From a virus, in the IMG/VR virus record IMGVR_UViG_3300045988_135688: 64,000 bases of DNA; one strand, 5' to 3'. The position numbers and the translations under genes were made by a program. Every line of letters begins with the position of its first letter. The stretch's first letter is position 1. Below are positions 17,579 to 27,324 of this stretch, one piece after another. The notes under the pieces were generated by a model. It had not been told where the DNA came from. It saw only the letters and a program-made list of their open reading frames with translations, and did no database searches.

Positions 17579-18175
17579 CTACCATCTTAATCTAGTTATT
17601 TCAACATCAGTTCCAACATCCAAATTCAAACCCCATTTGGCGTATAAATCCTTTGCGCGTTGCTCCAATCTTTTCTTGTCATTGATAGAAATAGTCTTGC
17701 TTGTGTCGGTAATTGACCAGTTCCCGGCTTTCTTCGTCTTTCCCTGTATCGTTGAAGGGGCAGTGCAAACAATGAGCAACAAGTCAGCATAAGCCAAATC
17801 CTTCTTCATCTCAGACGTTTCACGGCTGTCATCAGACAAACGAAATCCCCATTTCTGGGCAACACTGATATATGATGTGTTTTTCAACTCATAGTCAATC
17901 TGTGCTTTCAGATATTCACGCATAGACATATAGAAATATGCTTCTACCTTCATGTTACCCTTTGCTGTTATCTGAGGGGTAACTTGAATAGTGAACGGAT
18001 TATCCGAAACTTTCAGTCTATCTTCCGGCTTCAATGTTTCATTGTCGGCAATAAGCCAGCATCCGAACTCTACACTTTCTTCGGGAATAGCTTGGAGCGT
18101 GAGAGTATCTCCAATGAAATACTCCCCTGCGCCCTTTGCTGTGCCTTCGCCATTTATATCAATAATGACCTTCAT
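17579..18175 (-). CDS. Hypothetical protein with N-terminal Ig/InlB-B-repeat-like segment (198 aa)
   Basis: GDTLTLQAIPEESVEFGCWL resembles divergent InlB B-repeat domains. Lies directly downstream of the capsid gene. Confidence 0.5.
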   Translation of the reverse strand: MKVIIDINGEGTAKGAGEYFIGDTLTLQAIPEESVEFGCWLIADNETLKPEDRLKVSDNPFTIQVTPQITAKGNMKVEAYFYMSMREYLKAQIDYELKNTSYISVAQKWGFRLSDDSRETSEMKKDLAYADLLLIVCTAPSTIQGKTKKAGNWSITDTSKTISINDKKRLEQRAKDLYAKWGLNLDVGTDVEITRLRW

Positions 18176-18186
18176 GGTTCAACCTT

Positions 18187-19314
18187 TTACAATCCCGTAT
18201 TTGACTGTTCGTCAACCTTCATAATGATAAGGTTGTTCGGATTCTTCATCACAGGACATGCCCACAACTCACCTGAACTCTTCTCCGCATACGGTTCGGA
18301 AGAATACTGATGCAAGAACGCGATACGTCCGCCTTCCAAAGAAGAAATACGTACAGCCGGGTTGGTATCCTGCAAATACATTGACGGTGAGTTCTTGATA
18401 CGGAAGAACTGACCGCTCTGAACAAGAACAACGGTGTTCTTTTCAAAAGACGGTTTGGCTTCCTCAATCACACCAAGTTTGTTCCATTTTGATTTTTCAT
18501 CAACAGGAATAATCACAGGAATAGAGAACACCTTCATCAGCACATCAACAATCTCCTGATTGTTCATAGGATAGATTGTAGTAGATGCTGCGGCAGGAAC
18601 AAGACGAGCCTGTACTGCTGCTGTCACTTTCGGGTGCATCAGGAAGTTGTCATACAAATCCTTGGACATTTCAAAATGATCGTATGGTACACCGTCATTA
18701 TCGGCAATCTTGCACATTCTTTGAAGGTCTTTAATAGGATCTGCATTTTCGTTCGGTGTCCAGTCTGTATCGCTAAACCATTTCTGTTTTAACGCTTTCA
18801 ACTTATGTTTTGCAGGAACACGATAGTCGATCTGAACAGGAATTGAGTTAGTGCCACTGGCTGTATAGTTAAGCATACCTGTAGAAAGAGCCTGATAAGT
18901 CATACAGTTCAACTCGGTATGGAAGCCTTGGATACACGCTTCCATCTTTGTGAACCACTTCTCACGGATCTTGTCAAGCAATGCACCTTGCGGAATGTCA
19001 AGTTCATAGAACTCCTGAATATCGGTTTCCATAAACTGAATGGCGTGACCCATCTTCGGAATACGGCCCGAATACCATTCAAATCCCGTAGTGTCCATAA
19101 TAGGCTTTTCAGCCAAAGGAGCCAGCATTACAGGACGGGTAGCCTGTGTGTATTCGTCAACCATGACATTCCATGATTTACTCATCTGAGGAACATCCCA
19201 ATCTCCGTAGCTTCTCCAGTTTTCGTTATCAAATTTCTGATTGGCATAATCCATAAGTTCCTGCATCTCCCCAGAGAAATGCCAATCATAGAAACTAAAT
19301 GTCGATCTTTGCAT
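18187..19314 (-). CDS. Major capsid protein (lambda gpE-like size and position)
   Basis: 375-aa ORF after the scaffold and decoration-position genes; composition is typical of capsid proteins. Family assignment is unverified. Confidence 0.75.
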   Translation of the reverse strand: MQRSTFSFYDWHFSGEMQELMDYANQKFDNENWRSYGDWDVPQMSKSWNVMVDEYTQATRPVMLAPLAEKPIMDTTGFEWYSGRIPKMGHAIQFMETDIQEFYELDIPQGALLDKIREKWFTKMEACIQGFHTELNCMTYQALSTGMLNYTASGTNSIPVQIDYRVPAKHKLKALKQKWFSDTDWTPNENADPIKDLQRMCKIADNDGVPYDHFEMSKDLYDNFLMHPKVTAAVQARLVPAAASTTIYPMNNQEIVDVLMKVFSIPVIIPVDEKSKWNKLGVIEEAKPSFEKNTVVLVQSGQFFRIKNSPSMYLQDTNPAVRISSLEGGRIAFLHQYSSEPYAEKSSGELWACPVMKNPNNLIIMKVDEQSNTGL

Positions 19315-19331
19315 AAAACGAAAAAATTTAA

Positions 19332-19991
19332 TTAGTTATACAATGTGTAACGGAAAACGCAAGGATATGATTCATCATCCTTCATCGCCTTTTTGATTGC
19401 CGAAGCTACGGGCGGAATGCGTTTTTCCAAAATCTCACTTGTCACCATCCATGCACCGTTGAAAGGATAGAGAGTGGCACCGGGAATGGTGTCAACATCA
19501 TAAGGCAGGATAGCATTAGGAATAACCTTGAATTTTGCGCTAGCACCAACCTGTGTAACTTCAACCAAAATATCGGTCAATTCCAATTTACCTGCATCCC
19601 CGGACAATGTAAGGATGTCATATTCGTCATGAGACGAATCAATAGCGTTAATGGTAAAGCCAGTTGTAGTACCTGCGGCAGTAGTAGGTGCTTTACCGAC
19701 AACCATGCCAACCTTGGCAACTGTATTACCCATGATTTTTTCAACTTTTACCGTAGCACCAGAATCCGATTTCTCGTACATTCTGAATGAATAGTGAATG
19801 TCACCGCCATTCTGCTTTGAGGAATCACATTTAATCATGGTACCAGCCGGAAGTTTGTTCCCAACTGTAGGCATACGTTCTACTGGAACGTTACATCCTA
19901 CCAACAGTACGTGCAAAGACGTATCATTAGAAAAGATATGTCTTGCGCCACCAATCTTACTATAACTTGTTGCAAGAACTCCTGCTTTCAT
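19332..19991 (-). CDS. Putative head decoration / capsid accessory protein
   Basis: 219-aa ORF between the scaffold and major capsid genes (gpD position in lambda-like order). Confidence 0.4.
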   Translation of the reverse strand: MKAGVLATSYSKIGGARHIFSNDTSLHVLLVGCNVPVERMPTVGNKLPAGTMIKCDSSKQNGGDIHYSFRMYEKSDSGATVKVEKIMGNTVAKVGMVVGKAPTTAAGTTTGFTINAIDSSHDEYDILTLSGDAGKLELTDILVEVTQVGASAKFKVIPNAILPYDVDTIPGATLYPFNGAWMVTSEILEKRIPPVASAIKKAMKDDESYPCVFRYTLYN

Positions 19992-20002
19992 AATTAAAAA
20001 AA

Positions 20003-20770
20003 CTATTTGTTAATTTTACTGTAATATCGGCTGACAATGTTGTTTTCCTTGTTAGCCTTATCTTCTTCTCTCTTTCTATCTATGAATGACTTTACATCGC
20101 TAGAACCACCCTTGTCAGGGATGAAAGGATTAAAGCCATCCTTTGTGTATTTAGTACACGTTTCATTGTACTTTCCCTGTATTTTCAGAAGAATGCTTGT
20201 ATCTTCCTCTTCGGGCGAAATCTGAATGTTCTCAAAAATGATGTTGCGCAACAACTCGTTAGGCATACCCGCTTCCGGGCGTTTAATCAAATCAGACAGC
20301 TTCTTGCGCTTTTCAGTTACAATCTGCTTCTGCTTTTCCTCCTGCTCTTTAGCTTCAAACTCTTTCTTGAACTTTTCAAACTCTTCAAGTTTAGCCTTAA
20401 CATCATCGGGCAACTCAAACGGTTTCGGTTGCGGTGCTGGTGTCGGTGTAGGTTGTGGTTGCGGTGCTGGTGTCGGTTGTGGTGCAGGATGTGATTTTTC
20501 CCATTCCTTTTTCAAGTTGGATATTTCCTGTTCCTTGATTGTATCCCACTCTTTGCGCTTATCAGACGCAAACGCTCTTACCTGACCTGCCACTGTGTTC
20601 TTTAAATGATTTACAACACTTTCATTCCAGAACTTTTCCGCATTTTCCTGCGGTGCGAACGCTGAGAACTCATTGATTGTCTGTTCGATTGTACGATCTG
20701 TAATAACGGAGCTACTTTCTCCCAACGCATTCTTGATACCTTCAAAAATGACTTTTACATTTTCATCCAT
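20003..20770 (-). CDS. Putative scaffolding protein
   Basis: 255 aa, highly charged helical protein with a PAPQPTPAPQPQPTPTPAPQPKP linker. First gene of the morphogenesis operon. Confidence 0.65.
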   Translation of the reverse strand: MDENVKVIFEGIKNALGESSSVITDRTIEQTINEFSAFAPQENAEKFWNESVVNHLKNTVAGQVRAFASDKRKEWDTIKEQEISNLKKEWEKSHPAPQPTPAPQPQPTPTPAPQPKPFELPDDVKAKLEEFEKFKKEFEAKEQEEKQKQIVTEKRKKLSDLIKRPEAGMPNELLRNIIFENIQISPEEEDTSILLKIQGKYNETCTKYTKDGFNPFIPDKGGSSDVKSFIDRKREEDKANKENNIVSRYYSKINK

Positions 20771-20838
20771 ATACTATTTGTTTTTTATGTGATTCATGCA
20801 CAAGACCTTTGTGCATAGTAAGTACCTCTTACCGATGC

Positions 20839-20846
20839 AAATGTAG
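20839..20846 (-). promoter_or_regulatory. -7 box TAcaTTTG for morphogenesis operon
   Basis: + strand caaatgta = minus-strand TACATTTG, ~70 nt upstream of the ATG at 20770. Confidence 0.45.
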
Positions 20847-20888
20847 TTAAAATTTGTGTATAAGCAAAAAAAATATTTAAAAAAATAT

Positions 20889-20896
20889 TATATTTG
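20889..20896 (+). promoter_or_regulatory. -7 box TAtaTTTG for terL
   Basis: TATATTTG 18 nt upstream of the ATG at 20914. Confidence 0.5.
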
Positions 20897-20913
20897 CGAA
20901 TCATTATAATACA

Positions 20914-22629
20914 ATGGAAGAAATTGATTTAAAATACAGAGGATTAAAGACTAAGGATGTTGTCAAATCGTTAAAACGATATGGCAAAAGGGGAATTATA
21001 CCATATAAAAGCCTTGATTTCGTCCAAAAATATATAGAGGACAGAAGAAGCAAGGGGTACAAGGTAAATTTGCTTGCCCCACAGAAAGGTTCGCAGGAAG
21101 CATTTTTAAGGAACAAGGCAGGAATAAAAATACTGCACGGGAATCGTGGGGGAGGAAAATCCGTATGCCTTGGAATGGATATACTGAGTTCATGCAACCA
21201 CCCGTCATTCTCCGCGCTCGTTTTCCGTAAGGATAAGACATCCGCAGAAAAAGCGGACGGTATTCTTAAAGTGGTTTCAAAAATGGTTGAACCTTATGGA
21301 GAATATATAGACTCTAAACGTCTTTCAAGATTGGATGCAGGTGGAGAAATACGATACGATTATTTCGGAGATGCATGCATATCAGGAGAAAAGGGTATAA
21401 ATGATTTTAAAGATAGACAACAAGGAGGTAATGTTGTTAAAGTAGTTGTAGACGAATGCTCACAGGCTACAGAACCGATTGTAAACTATCTTCAAACAGT
21501 ATTGCGTTCCTCCTCTGGACTTAGGACAAGTTTCTCAGGAGCTTGTAATCCAAACCCGTATAGTGACTATTGGAGAGAATTGGTATCATGGTGGGTAGAT
21601 GATGATGGGATAGCTATACCAGAACGTTCAGGTAAAGTAAGATATTTTTTTCAATATGGAGACACAATACATGAAACAGCATGGGGTGACAGCCCACAGG
21701 AAGTATTTGCTCAAGCAAAAGATTATATTATCGCAAGATTCGGTAAAAATACCAAAATTGATGAAACAAACTGCAAAAGATACATCAAAAATATAACCTT
21801 TATAGCTTCCGGACTTGAGGATAACAAGATTCTCATGAGTTCCAATCCTGATTATCAGAAAAATCTTGGAGGTACAGCCCAGGAAGTATCCATAAATGCA
21901 TTGGGATCATGGAAACTGATAAAAGGAGGGAACGAATGGATAACGAGAGACGAGATGGAGGAAATGTTCTCATCGCAGCCCGTGTTTGACGATTACTTTG
22001 AATGTGCTACACTGGATATAGCATACGGTCTTGGTGACGTTTGTGTAATGGGGCACTTCATAGGACATCACTTACAAGACCTGGAATGGTCAAACACATT
22101 AAAGCCAAGGGATTTAAACCGATGGGTAAGAAACAATCTACGGAAATGGGGAATCGGTGAAAACAGACTGGCATTTGACGGTCTTGGAGCACCTACATTC
22201 CGTGACGCATTTCCCGAAAGCCTGGCAATACTTAGAGGTGTTCCGAAAAGACTAGACAAAAGCAAGGATGATCAACCTGTAAGATTCTATTTCGATCTTA
22301 GGGCACAGCTTGCCGATGAAATGGTAACACGTATAAAAGGAACAAACTTAGGATATTGCGGATTCAGCATAAACCCGGAACTTCTCGACAAACCGTATGT
22401 AAACAAAACAATACGGGAAGCGTTGATGGACCAGAGAAGAGCAATAAGACGTGACGTGGAAAGGGAAAACGGGAAACTAAGACTTCTGAAAAAGCAGGAA
22501 GCAAAAAAGATTGTAGGATGCTCACCCGACTTGATAGAAGGAACATTTTTATACAGGACATATTTTGATATATGCGATGTAATGATTGACATACCTAACG
22601 ATATAATGGATGAATTAAAATATTTATAG
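20914..22629 (+). CDS. terL: Terminase large subunit
   Basis: Walker A GNRGGGKS, Walker B VVVDECSQ, C-terminal nuclease-sized domain; 571 aa. Confidence 0.9.
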   Translation: MEEIDLKYRGLKTKDVVKSLKRYGKRGIIPYKSLDFVQKYIEDRRSKGYKVNLLAPQKGSQEAFLRNKAGIKILHGNRGGGKSVCLGMDILSSCNHPSFSALVFRKDKTSAEKADGILKVVSKMVEPYGEYIDSKRLSRLDAGGEIRYDYFGDACISGEKGINDFKDRQQGGNVVKVVVDECSQATEPIVNYLQTVLRSSSGLRTSFSGACNPNPYSDYWRELVSWWVDDDGIAIPERSGKVRYFFQYGDTIHETAWGDSPQEVFAQAKDYIIARFGKNTKIDETNCKRYIKNITFIASGLEDNKILMSSNPDYQKNLGGTAQEVSINALGSWKLIKGGNEWITRDEMEEMFSSQPVFDDYFECATLDIAYGLGDVCVMGHFIGHHLQDLEWSNTLKPRDLNRWVRNNLRKWGIGENRLAFDGLGAPTFRDAFPESLAILRGVPKRLDKSKDDQPVRFYFDLRAQLADEMVTRIKGTNLGYCGFSINPELLDKPYVNKTIREALMDQRRAIRRDVERENGKLRLLKKQEAKKIVGCSPDLIEGTFLYRTYFDICDVMIDIPNDIMDELKYL

Positions 22630-23890
22630 GCAATTAAATACTAATTTACACATATTTAACTAAATTAGTTATGTTATAATTTAATTTATAGTTATATTTG
22701 TGACATGAAACGAGCATATAAATATAGACTTAATCCTACTCCTGAGCAGATTGTTTTCTTCAACAAATCTTTCGGGTGTTGTAGGTTTGTGTATAACTAT
22801 ATGCTTGGTAAACGTATAGAAGCGTATCAGCGTGACAAGACGAAGATAGGATGGGTTGAACTGGCTAAGATGCTTACAGAACTTAAAAAGGAAGATGGGA
22901 AGGAATGGCTTTCGGAAGTATCAAACGAGTGTCTGCAACAATCCATAAGAAATATGGACAGCGCGTTCGTGAAGTTCTTCCGTGAAAAGGCAGGGTTCCC
23001 AAATTTCAAGGCGAAGCATTACAGCCGACAGTCATACAAGGCTATAAATTCGGTGTCTGTTGACCTTGACAACAACAAGGTAAGACTTCCAAAGATCGGA
23101 TGGGTTAAATTCTTTCCGAACAGAAAGTTTGACGGTAAGGTATGTTCTGTCACGGTAAGCAAGACACCAACAGGTAAATATTTCATTTCTGTCCTTGTTG
23201 ACGATGGAAAGGAAATACCTGTAAAGCCTGCTGTAAGATATGATACGTCTATCGGTATAGATGTCGGTATAAAGGATTTTGCAGTTTGTTCAAACGGTGA
23301 TGTGTATGCCAATCCCAAATATCTTGAGAAATCGGAAGCAAGGCTAAAGGTGTTGCAAAGAAGATTCTCAAAGACAAAGAAAGGCTCCAACCGAAGAGAA
23401 CGGGCAAGAAAAATATTGGCAAGACAGTATGAGAAGGTTTCCAACCAACGCAACAATTTCCTGCATCAAGTCACATCAAAGATTGTCCGTGAAAACCAAA
23501 CGATAATCATTGAGGATTTGAATGTAAAGGGTATGTTGAAAAACCACCGTCTTGCAAAATCCATATCATCCGTTTCATGGAGCGAGTTTTTCCGACAGCT
23601 TGAATACAAGTGTGAATGGTATGGACGCAACCTTATACGTATCGGACGTTTTGAAGCAAGTTCCAAGACGTGTATATGCGGATACGTTAATAGTGAATTG
23701 AAACTCAGTGACCGTGAATGGGTTTGCCCGAAATGCGGAAGGCACAATGATCGTGACATTCTCGCTTCGGTGAACATCAAACGGTTCGGACTAATATCAC
23801 CCTTGGTAGAAGGGGTTGAGGACGTGGAGTGGTCGGCAGTAGTCGGGGCAGTGAAGCGTCAATATGTATATGTATAATTACCTGTATATA
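22621..23890 (+). mobile_element. IS200/IS605-like non-autonomous element carrying tnpB only (no tnpA)
   Basis: The left 180 nt (22621-22800) recur at 60918-61086 with ~96% identity in the coding part. Inserted exactly between the terL stop and the portal start. Boundaries are approximate. Confidence 0.6.
22705..23877 (+). CDS. tnpB: TnpB RNA-guided endonuclease (IS605 OrfB family)
   Basis: N-terminus KRAYKYRLNPTPEQ. RuvC motifs IGIDVGIKD, IIIEDLNVKGM, NDRDILASVNI. Zinc finger CICG...CPKCG. Confidence 0.9.
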   Translation: MKRAYKYRLNPTPEQIVFFNKSFGCCRFVYNYMLGKRIEAYQRDKTKIGWVELAKMLTELKKEDGKEWLSEVSNECLQQSIRNMDSAFVKFFREKAGFPNFKAKHYSRQSYKAINSVSVDLDNNKVRLPKIGWVKFFPNRKFDGKVCSVTVSKTPTGKYFISVLVDDGKEIPVKPAVRYDTSIGIDVGIKDFAVCSNGDVYANPKYLEKSEARLKVLQRRFSKTKKGSNRRERARKILARQYEKVSNQRNNFLHQVTSKIVRENQTIIIEDLNVKGMLKNHRLAKSISSVSWSEFFRQLEYKCEWYGRNLIRIGRFEASSKTCICGYVNSELKLSDREWVCPKCGRHNDRDILASVNIKRFGLISPLVEGVEDVEWSAVVGAVKRQYVYV

Positions 23891-23911
23891 ATTACCTATT
23901 TATAATTACCT
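23868..23911 (+). repeat. Three direct copies of TATAATTACCT spanning tnpB stop to portal ATG
   Basis: gTATAATTACCTgtataTAATTACCTatttaTAATTACCTatg, read directly. Confidence 0.8.
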
Positions 23912-25444
23912 ATGGAAATTTTAAAATTAGACGTTTTATTACGAAAAGAACCTTTCAAAGTGGCACTTCCGTCAAGAGGTGACGATGGGAGAGGTGGAGG
24001 AACAAAGAAAAAGCCAAGACGCTCCACTTTGATATACAAATATCTGTCACAGGATGACTTTCTAGCACAATGGGATACATCAGGACACTATATACACAAC
24101 AGACCCGACTGGAAAGACAGTATACCGTCAGACGAGGATGCCACATCATCGGATGATGAAAGCGCGAATGTAGGTGCTCAGAAAAGAAAAAAGAAATTGG
24201 CATCAACTCCATACGTACTGCAAAGACGAGCATTTCCTCTTCAAAGGATGATACACAAGAAAAGGGTATCACACCTATGCACCAATCCTCTTAAATTCCA
24301 GATAAAGAAAAGCGCGTCAAACCAGCAGAACAGGGATAAGCTGACAACATACAAGGAATACTGGACTGATTCTCTCATGGAAACAGCCAAGTTTGAACTT
24401 ATAAGCGAAGCCGGAAAGGTAGGGGATGCTGCCATATATATATATAAGGATAAGGACGAGATAAAATACAGGTCTTTCAGCTACTCAAAAGGAGATATAC
24501 TGTATGAACATAAAAACAGAAGAGGGGAAAGAATAGCTTTCGCAAGGGAATATACAACCACATATATCTCGGCTGATGGAGAAGAGCATACAGACACACT
24601 TGTCGATGTATGGACTAAAGATGAGTTTTACACGCTTGATTCCAACGGAGATATAGCAACGGATATTGACGAAAACGGAAATATCATACAACTGCATCAA
24701 TTCCATAACCTGGGATTTATACCTGTAGTATATCTACGGCTTGAACTTCCATTTTGGGGGGCAGTACAGGACTTGATAGACGATTTCGAGTTCTTAATGT
24801 CAATGATAGGAGAATACAACACACGACAGGCATTCCAAATGCTACTTATCAAGACTAACGGAAGAATAAACATTCAAAGAAACGGATTGGGAGGAACTTC
24901 CATTTTACGTGTAGGAGCAGAAGATGATGCACAGTTCATGGGTAAGATGGACGCTTCAAACTCACTGTTCACCGAAATAGATAACATATACAACGGGATA
25001 CTTGACGGAAGCGGTGTTGTTCCGCCAATGCAATCATCATCAGGTGACAGACCTACTGGAACAACGGCAATGTATTACGAGCCGGAAATGGAATGGGCGA
25101 GAAGTGATGCACAAATGATGAATACAGCCATAAATGACATGGCCAATATATTCAAATACTATGTAGGAGTAATGGAAGGTGACGCAACAGGTTATAACGC
25201 TCTAAGAATAAACGCTACCATAGAGCCATACTCGTACATAGATTTCTCTGAATGGAACAACACAATCGTTCAGCTTGTAAACGCCCGAATAATATCATTG
25301 CAGACAGCAAGAGAGGAATGCGATTTCGCTGCAAATAATGAAGATGATAGAATGGACGAACAAGACAGAAGATTAAACGATATGGAAGCTAGGGTAGTAA
25401 TAGAAGAAAACAATGAAAACAACGAAAACAACGATAACAGCTAA
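23912..25444 (+). CDS. Portal protein
   Basis: 510 aa, the next structural gene after terL (ignoring the tnpB insertion). Acidic C-terminal tail; size typical of portals. Confidence 0.75.
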   Translation: MEILKLDVLLRKEPFKVALPSRGDDGRGGGTKKKPRRSTLIYKYLSQDDFLAQWDTSGHYIHNRPDWKDSIPSDEDATSSDDESANVGAQKRKKKLASTPYVLQRRAFPLQRMIHKKRVSHLCTNPLKFQIKKSASNQQNRDKLTTYKEYWTDSLMETAKFELISEAGKVGDAAIYIYKDKDEIKYRSFSYSKGDILYEHKNRRGERIAFAREYTTTYISADGEEHTDTLVDVWTKDEFYTLDSNGDIATDIDENGNIIQLHQFHNLGFIPVVYLRLELPFWGAVQDLIDDFEFLMSMIGEYNTRQAFQMLLIKTNGRINIQRNGLGGTSILRVGAEDDAQFMGKMDASNSLFTEIDNIYNGILDGSGVVPPMQSSSGDRPTGTTAMYYEPEMEWARSDAQMMNTAINDMANIFKYYVGVMEGDATGYNALRINATIEPYSYIDFSEWNNTIVQLVNARIISLQTAREECDFAANNEDDRMDEQDRRLNDMEARVVIEENNENNENNDNS

Positions 25445-25447
25445 ACT

Positions 25448-25723
25448 ATGGGAAAATTTACGAACTTACTAAGAAAAATAAGAAGGGCATTAGACTATAT
25501 ATGCCTTAACAATTTGAGAGTTGACGGAATGGAGCACCTCATTGCAGGAATACTTGTAGTAAGCATGGCGCAATGGTTTTTCTCCATATGGACAGCAATA
25601 GCACTAACCTTGTTCATTCTTGTGGGAAAAGAAATCGTCTACGATAAGTGGCTTAGACAAGGAGTGCCCGAATGGAGAGATGTATTCTGGGGAGCAGTAG
25701 GAATGGCGCTTGGATTAATTTAA
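25448..25723 (+). CDS. Small membrane protein (91 aa, 2-3 TM)
   Basis: Hydrophobic helices LIAGILVVSMAQWFFSIWTAIALTLFILV and VFWGAVGMALGLI. Confidence 0.55.
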   Translation: MGKFTNLLRKIRRALDYICLNNLRVDGMEHLIAGILVVSMAQWFFSIWTAIALTLFILVGKEIVYDKWLRQGVPEWRDVFWGAVGMALGLI

Positions 25724-25861
25724 AAAAAATCACACCACAAAGTTTTTATATATCAAAAATTATTATTTACTTTGTGGTGTCTAAACTTAATAGCGGCACG
25801 AGCCGCATACATCGGTTTTTTTTGTGCCCATATATAACGTGTATCTCATTACAAAAGATAT

Positions 25862-25939
25862 ACTGCACCGTGTCGGGATGTAGAAATACTCTCGGAGTTT
25901 TGCTATTAAGACTTAGACAACACGTAGTGCAGTTTTTTT
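25862..25939 (+). terminator. Long imperfect hairpin plus T7 run
   Basis: ACTGCAC-CGTGT ... ACACG-TA-GTGCAGT followed by TTTTTTT. Confidence 0.4.
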
Positions 25940-25958
25940 ATTGTCTAAAATAATAGCT

Positions 25959-26744
25959 ATGCTAGAATTAATCTTATCTAAAAAGAGTAGTGAAAGCGAA
26001 ATAAAATCGTATTTCAACGCAGTTCTTGAATTGTCAAAATCTGACAATGAGTTCCCAATCAATCTTGATGAAGTATGGATGCTTGTTTATGGCAGGAAAG
26101 AGGAAGCTGTAAGAGCACTAACTTCAAGTGAACAATTTATAGAAAATATTGATTATCAAGTTTTACGCAAAAATGCGGAAAACCAAAAAGGCGGAAGGCC
26201 TACAAATGAATACAAACTTACCGTTTCCTGTATGGAGTTTTTTATTGCTCGCAAAGTACGTCCAGTTTTTGAGGTTTATAGGCAAGTATTTCACAAAGTG
26301 GCAAAACATGAACTTTCCCGAAAGGAGCTTGCATTAATGGTAATACAAGCCGAAGAGGAAAAAGAACGGTTGGCTTTGGAGAATAAAAAGCAGCAGAAAC
26401 AAATAGAGAAACTACAGCCCAAAGCGAACTTCGCCGACAAAGCCTTTGCAATGGAAGGCAAGTGCGATATAGGACAGGCTGCCAAGATACTCGGCTTACC
26501 ATTCGGACGAAATACCTTGTTCAAGAAGCTTCGTGAAGCAGGAGTATTCTTTGCTAACAGGAATGAGCCAAAACAGAAGTATATTGATGCTGGGTATTTC
26601 GAGATGAAAGAAAAACCTATTCCAAGAGAGAATCACCCAGGTTTTGTTGTAATGGTTGTTCTATGTACACAGAAAGGTCTTGCATACATCAATCATCTTT
26701 TTGGAGGAAAACCGTCTGATGGAAAATTAGCGAGAATAGTATAA
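25959..26744 (+). CDS. Antirepressor-like protein with C-terminal KilAC/ANT domain
   Basis: The C-terminal segment DIGQAAKILGLPFGRNTLFKKLREAGVFFANRNEPKQKYIDAGYFEMK matches my memory of the KilAC (ANT) pattern. The ORF track start at 25941 is a TTG; first ATG is at 25959. Confidence 0.65.
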   Translation: MLELILSKKSSESEIKSYFNAVLELSKSDNEFPINLDEVWMLVYGRKEEAVRALTSSEQFIENIDYQVLRKNAENQKGGRPTNEYKLTVSCMEFFIARKVRPVFEVYRQVFHKVAKHELSRKELALMVIQAEEEKERLALENKKQQKQIEKLQPKANFADKAFAMEGKCDIGQAAKILGLPFGRNTLFKKLREAGVFFANRNEPKQKYIDAGYFEMKEKPIPRENHPGFVVMVVLCTQKGLAYINHLFGGKPSDGKLARIV

Positions 26745-26807
26745 AATCAAGGAGCGAAAAACATCGCTCCCATAACTCCTTCAACACATGGTTGATGAGA
26801 TAACACA

Positions 26808-27236
26808 CTATTTAATCGTAACCCAAACCTGTTTGCCACGCTTTATCGCATCGTCAATCAACTTGTTCAATTTGTCAGAAGTATAGCGTGATTCGGTAAG
26901 TCTGCCTTTTGATGTATTGTTACCTACAAGGATACATCCGGCAGAATCCTTTGCTGTATTCCCAGCGTGAAAAAGAATACCCTCAAAATGAGGAACATTC
27001 AACAGTCTTGGCATATTACGCCCGAATTTTGGGGACCAGTTGTATATAACCTGGTATCTTCCATAAGGAATAGCAGATTCAGCATAAACCTTCTTCTCGT
27101 TTCCATCAAACACTCCATTCTTATTCACGTCAACAACACGATCTTCAAGCGTATTACTGAAAAACTCACCATCAATATACAAACGCCCTATAGTATAATC
27201 AGGCTTACACCATTTTCTTTCTACCAATAGTTCCAT
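26808..27236 (-). CDS. DUF5675-like protein, candidate peptidoglycan hydrolase (YkuD-like HxGN...GCI motif)
   Basis: ILFHAGNTAKDSAGCILVGN motif. 142 aa, standalone gene. Lysin role is an inference. Confidence 0.45.
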   Translation of the reverse strand: MELLVERKWCKPDYTIGRLYIDGEFFSNTLEDRVVDVNKNGVFDGNEKKVYAESAIPYGRYQVIYNWSPKFGRNMPRLLNVPHFEGILFHAGNTAKDSAGCILVGNNTSKGRLTESRYTSDKLNKLIDDAIKRGKQVWVTIK

Positions 27237-27324
27237 AGTTAAAATGTATTTAGTTTTACAAAGCTACAAAATAAACACGTATATTTGCACACATAATAAA
27301 ACATTTTATAAAGCATATACAAAA

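Noticed and set aside
23955-24706. Minus-strand ORFs inside the portal gene
   Set aside because: They are antisense shadows without signals.
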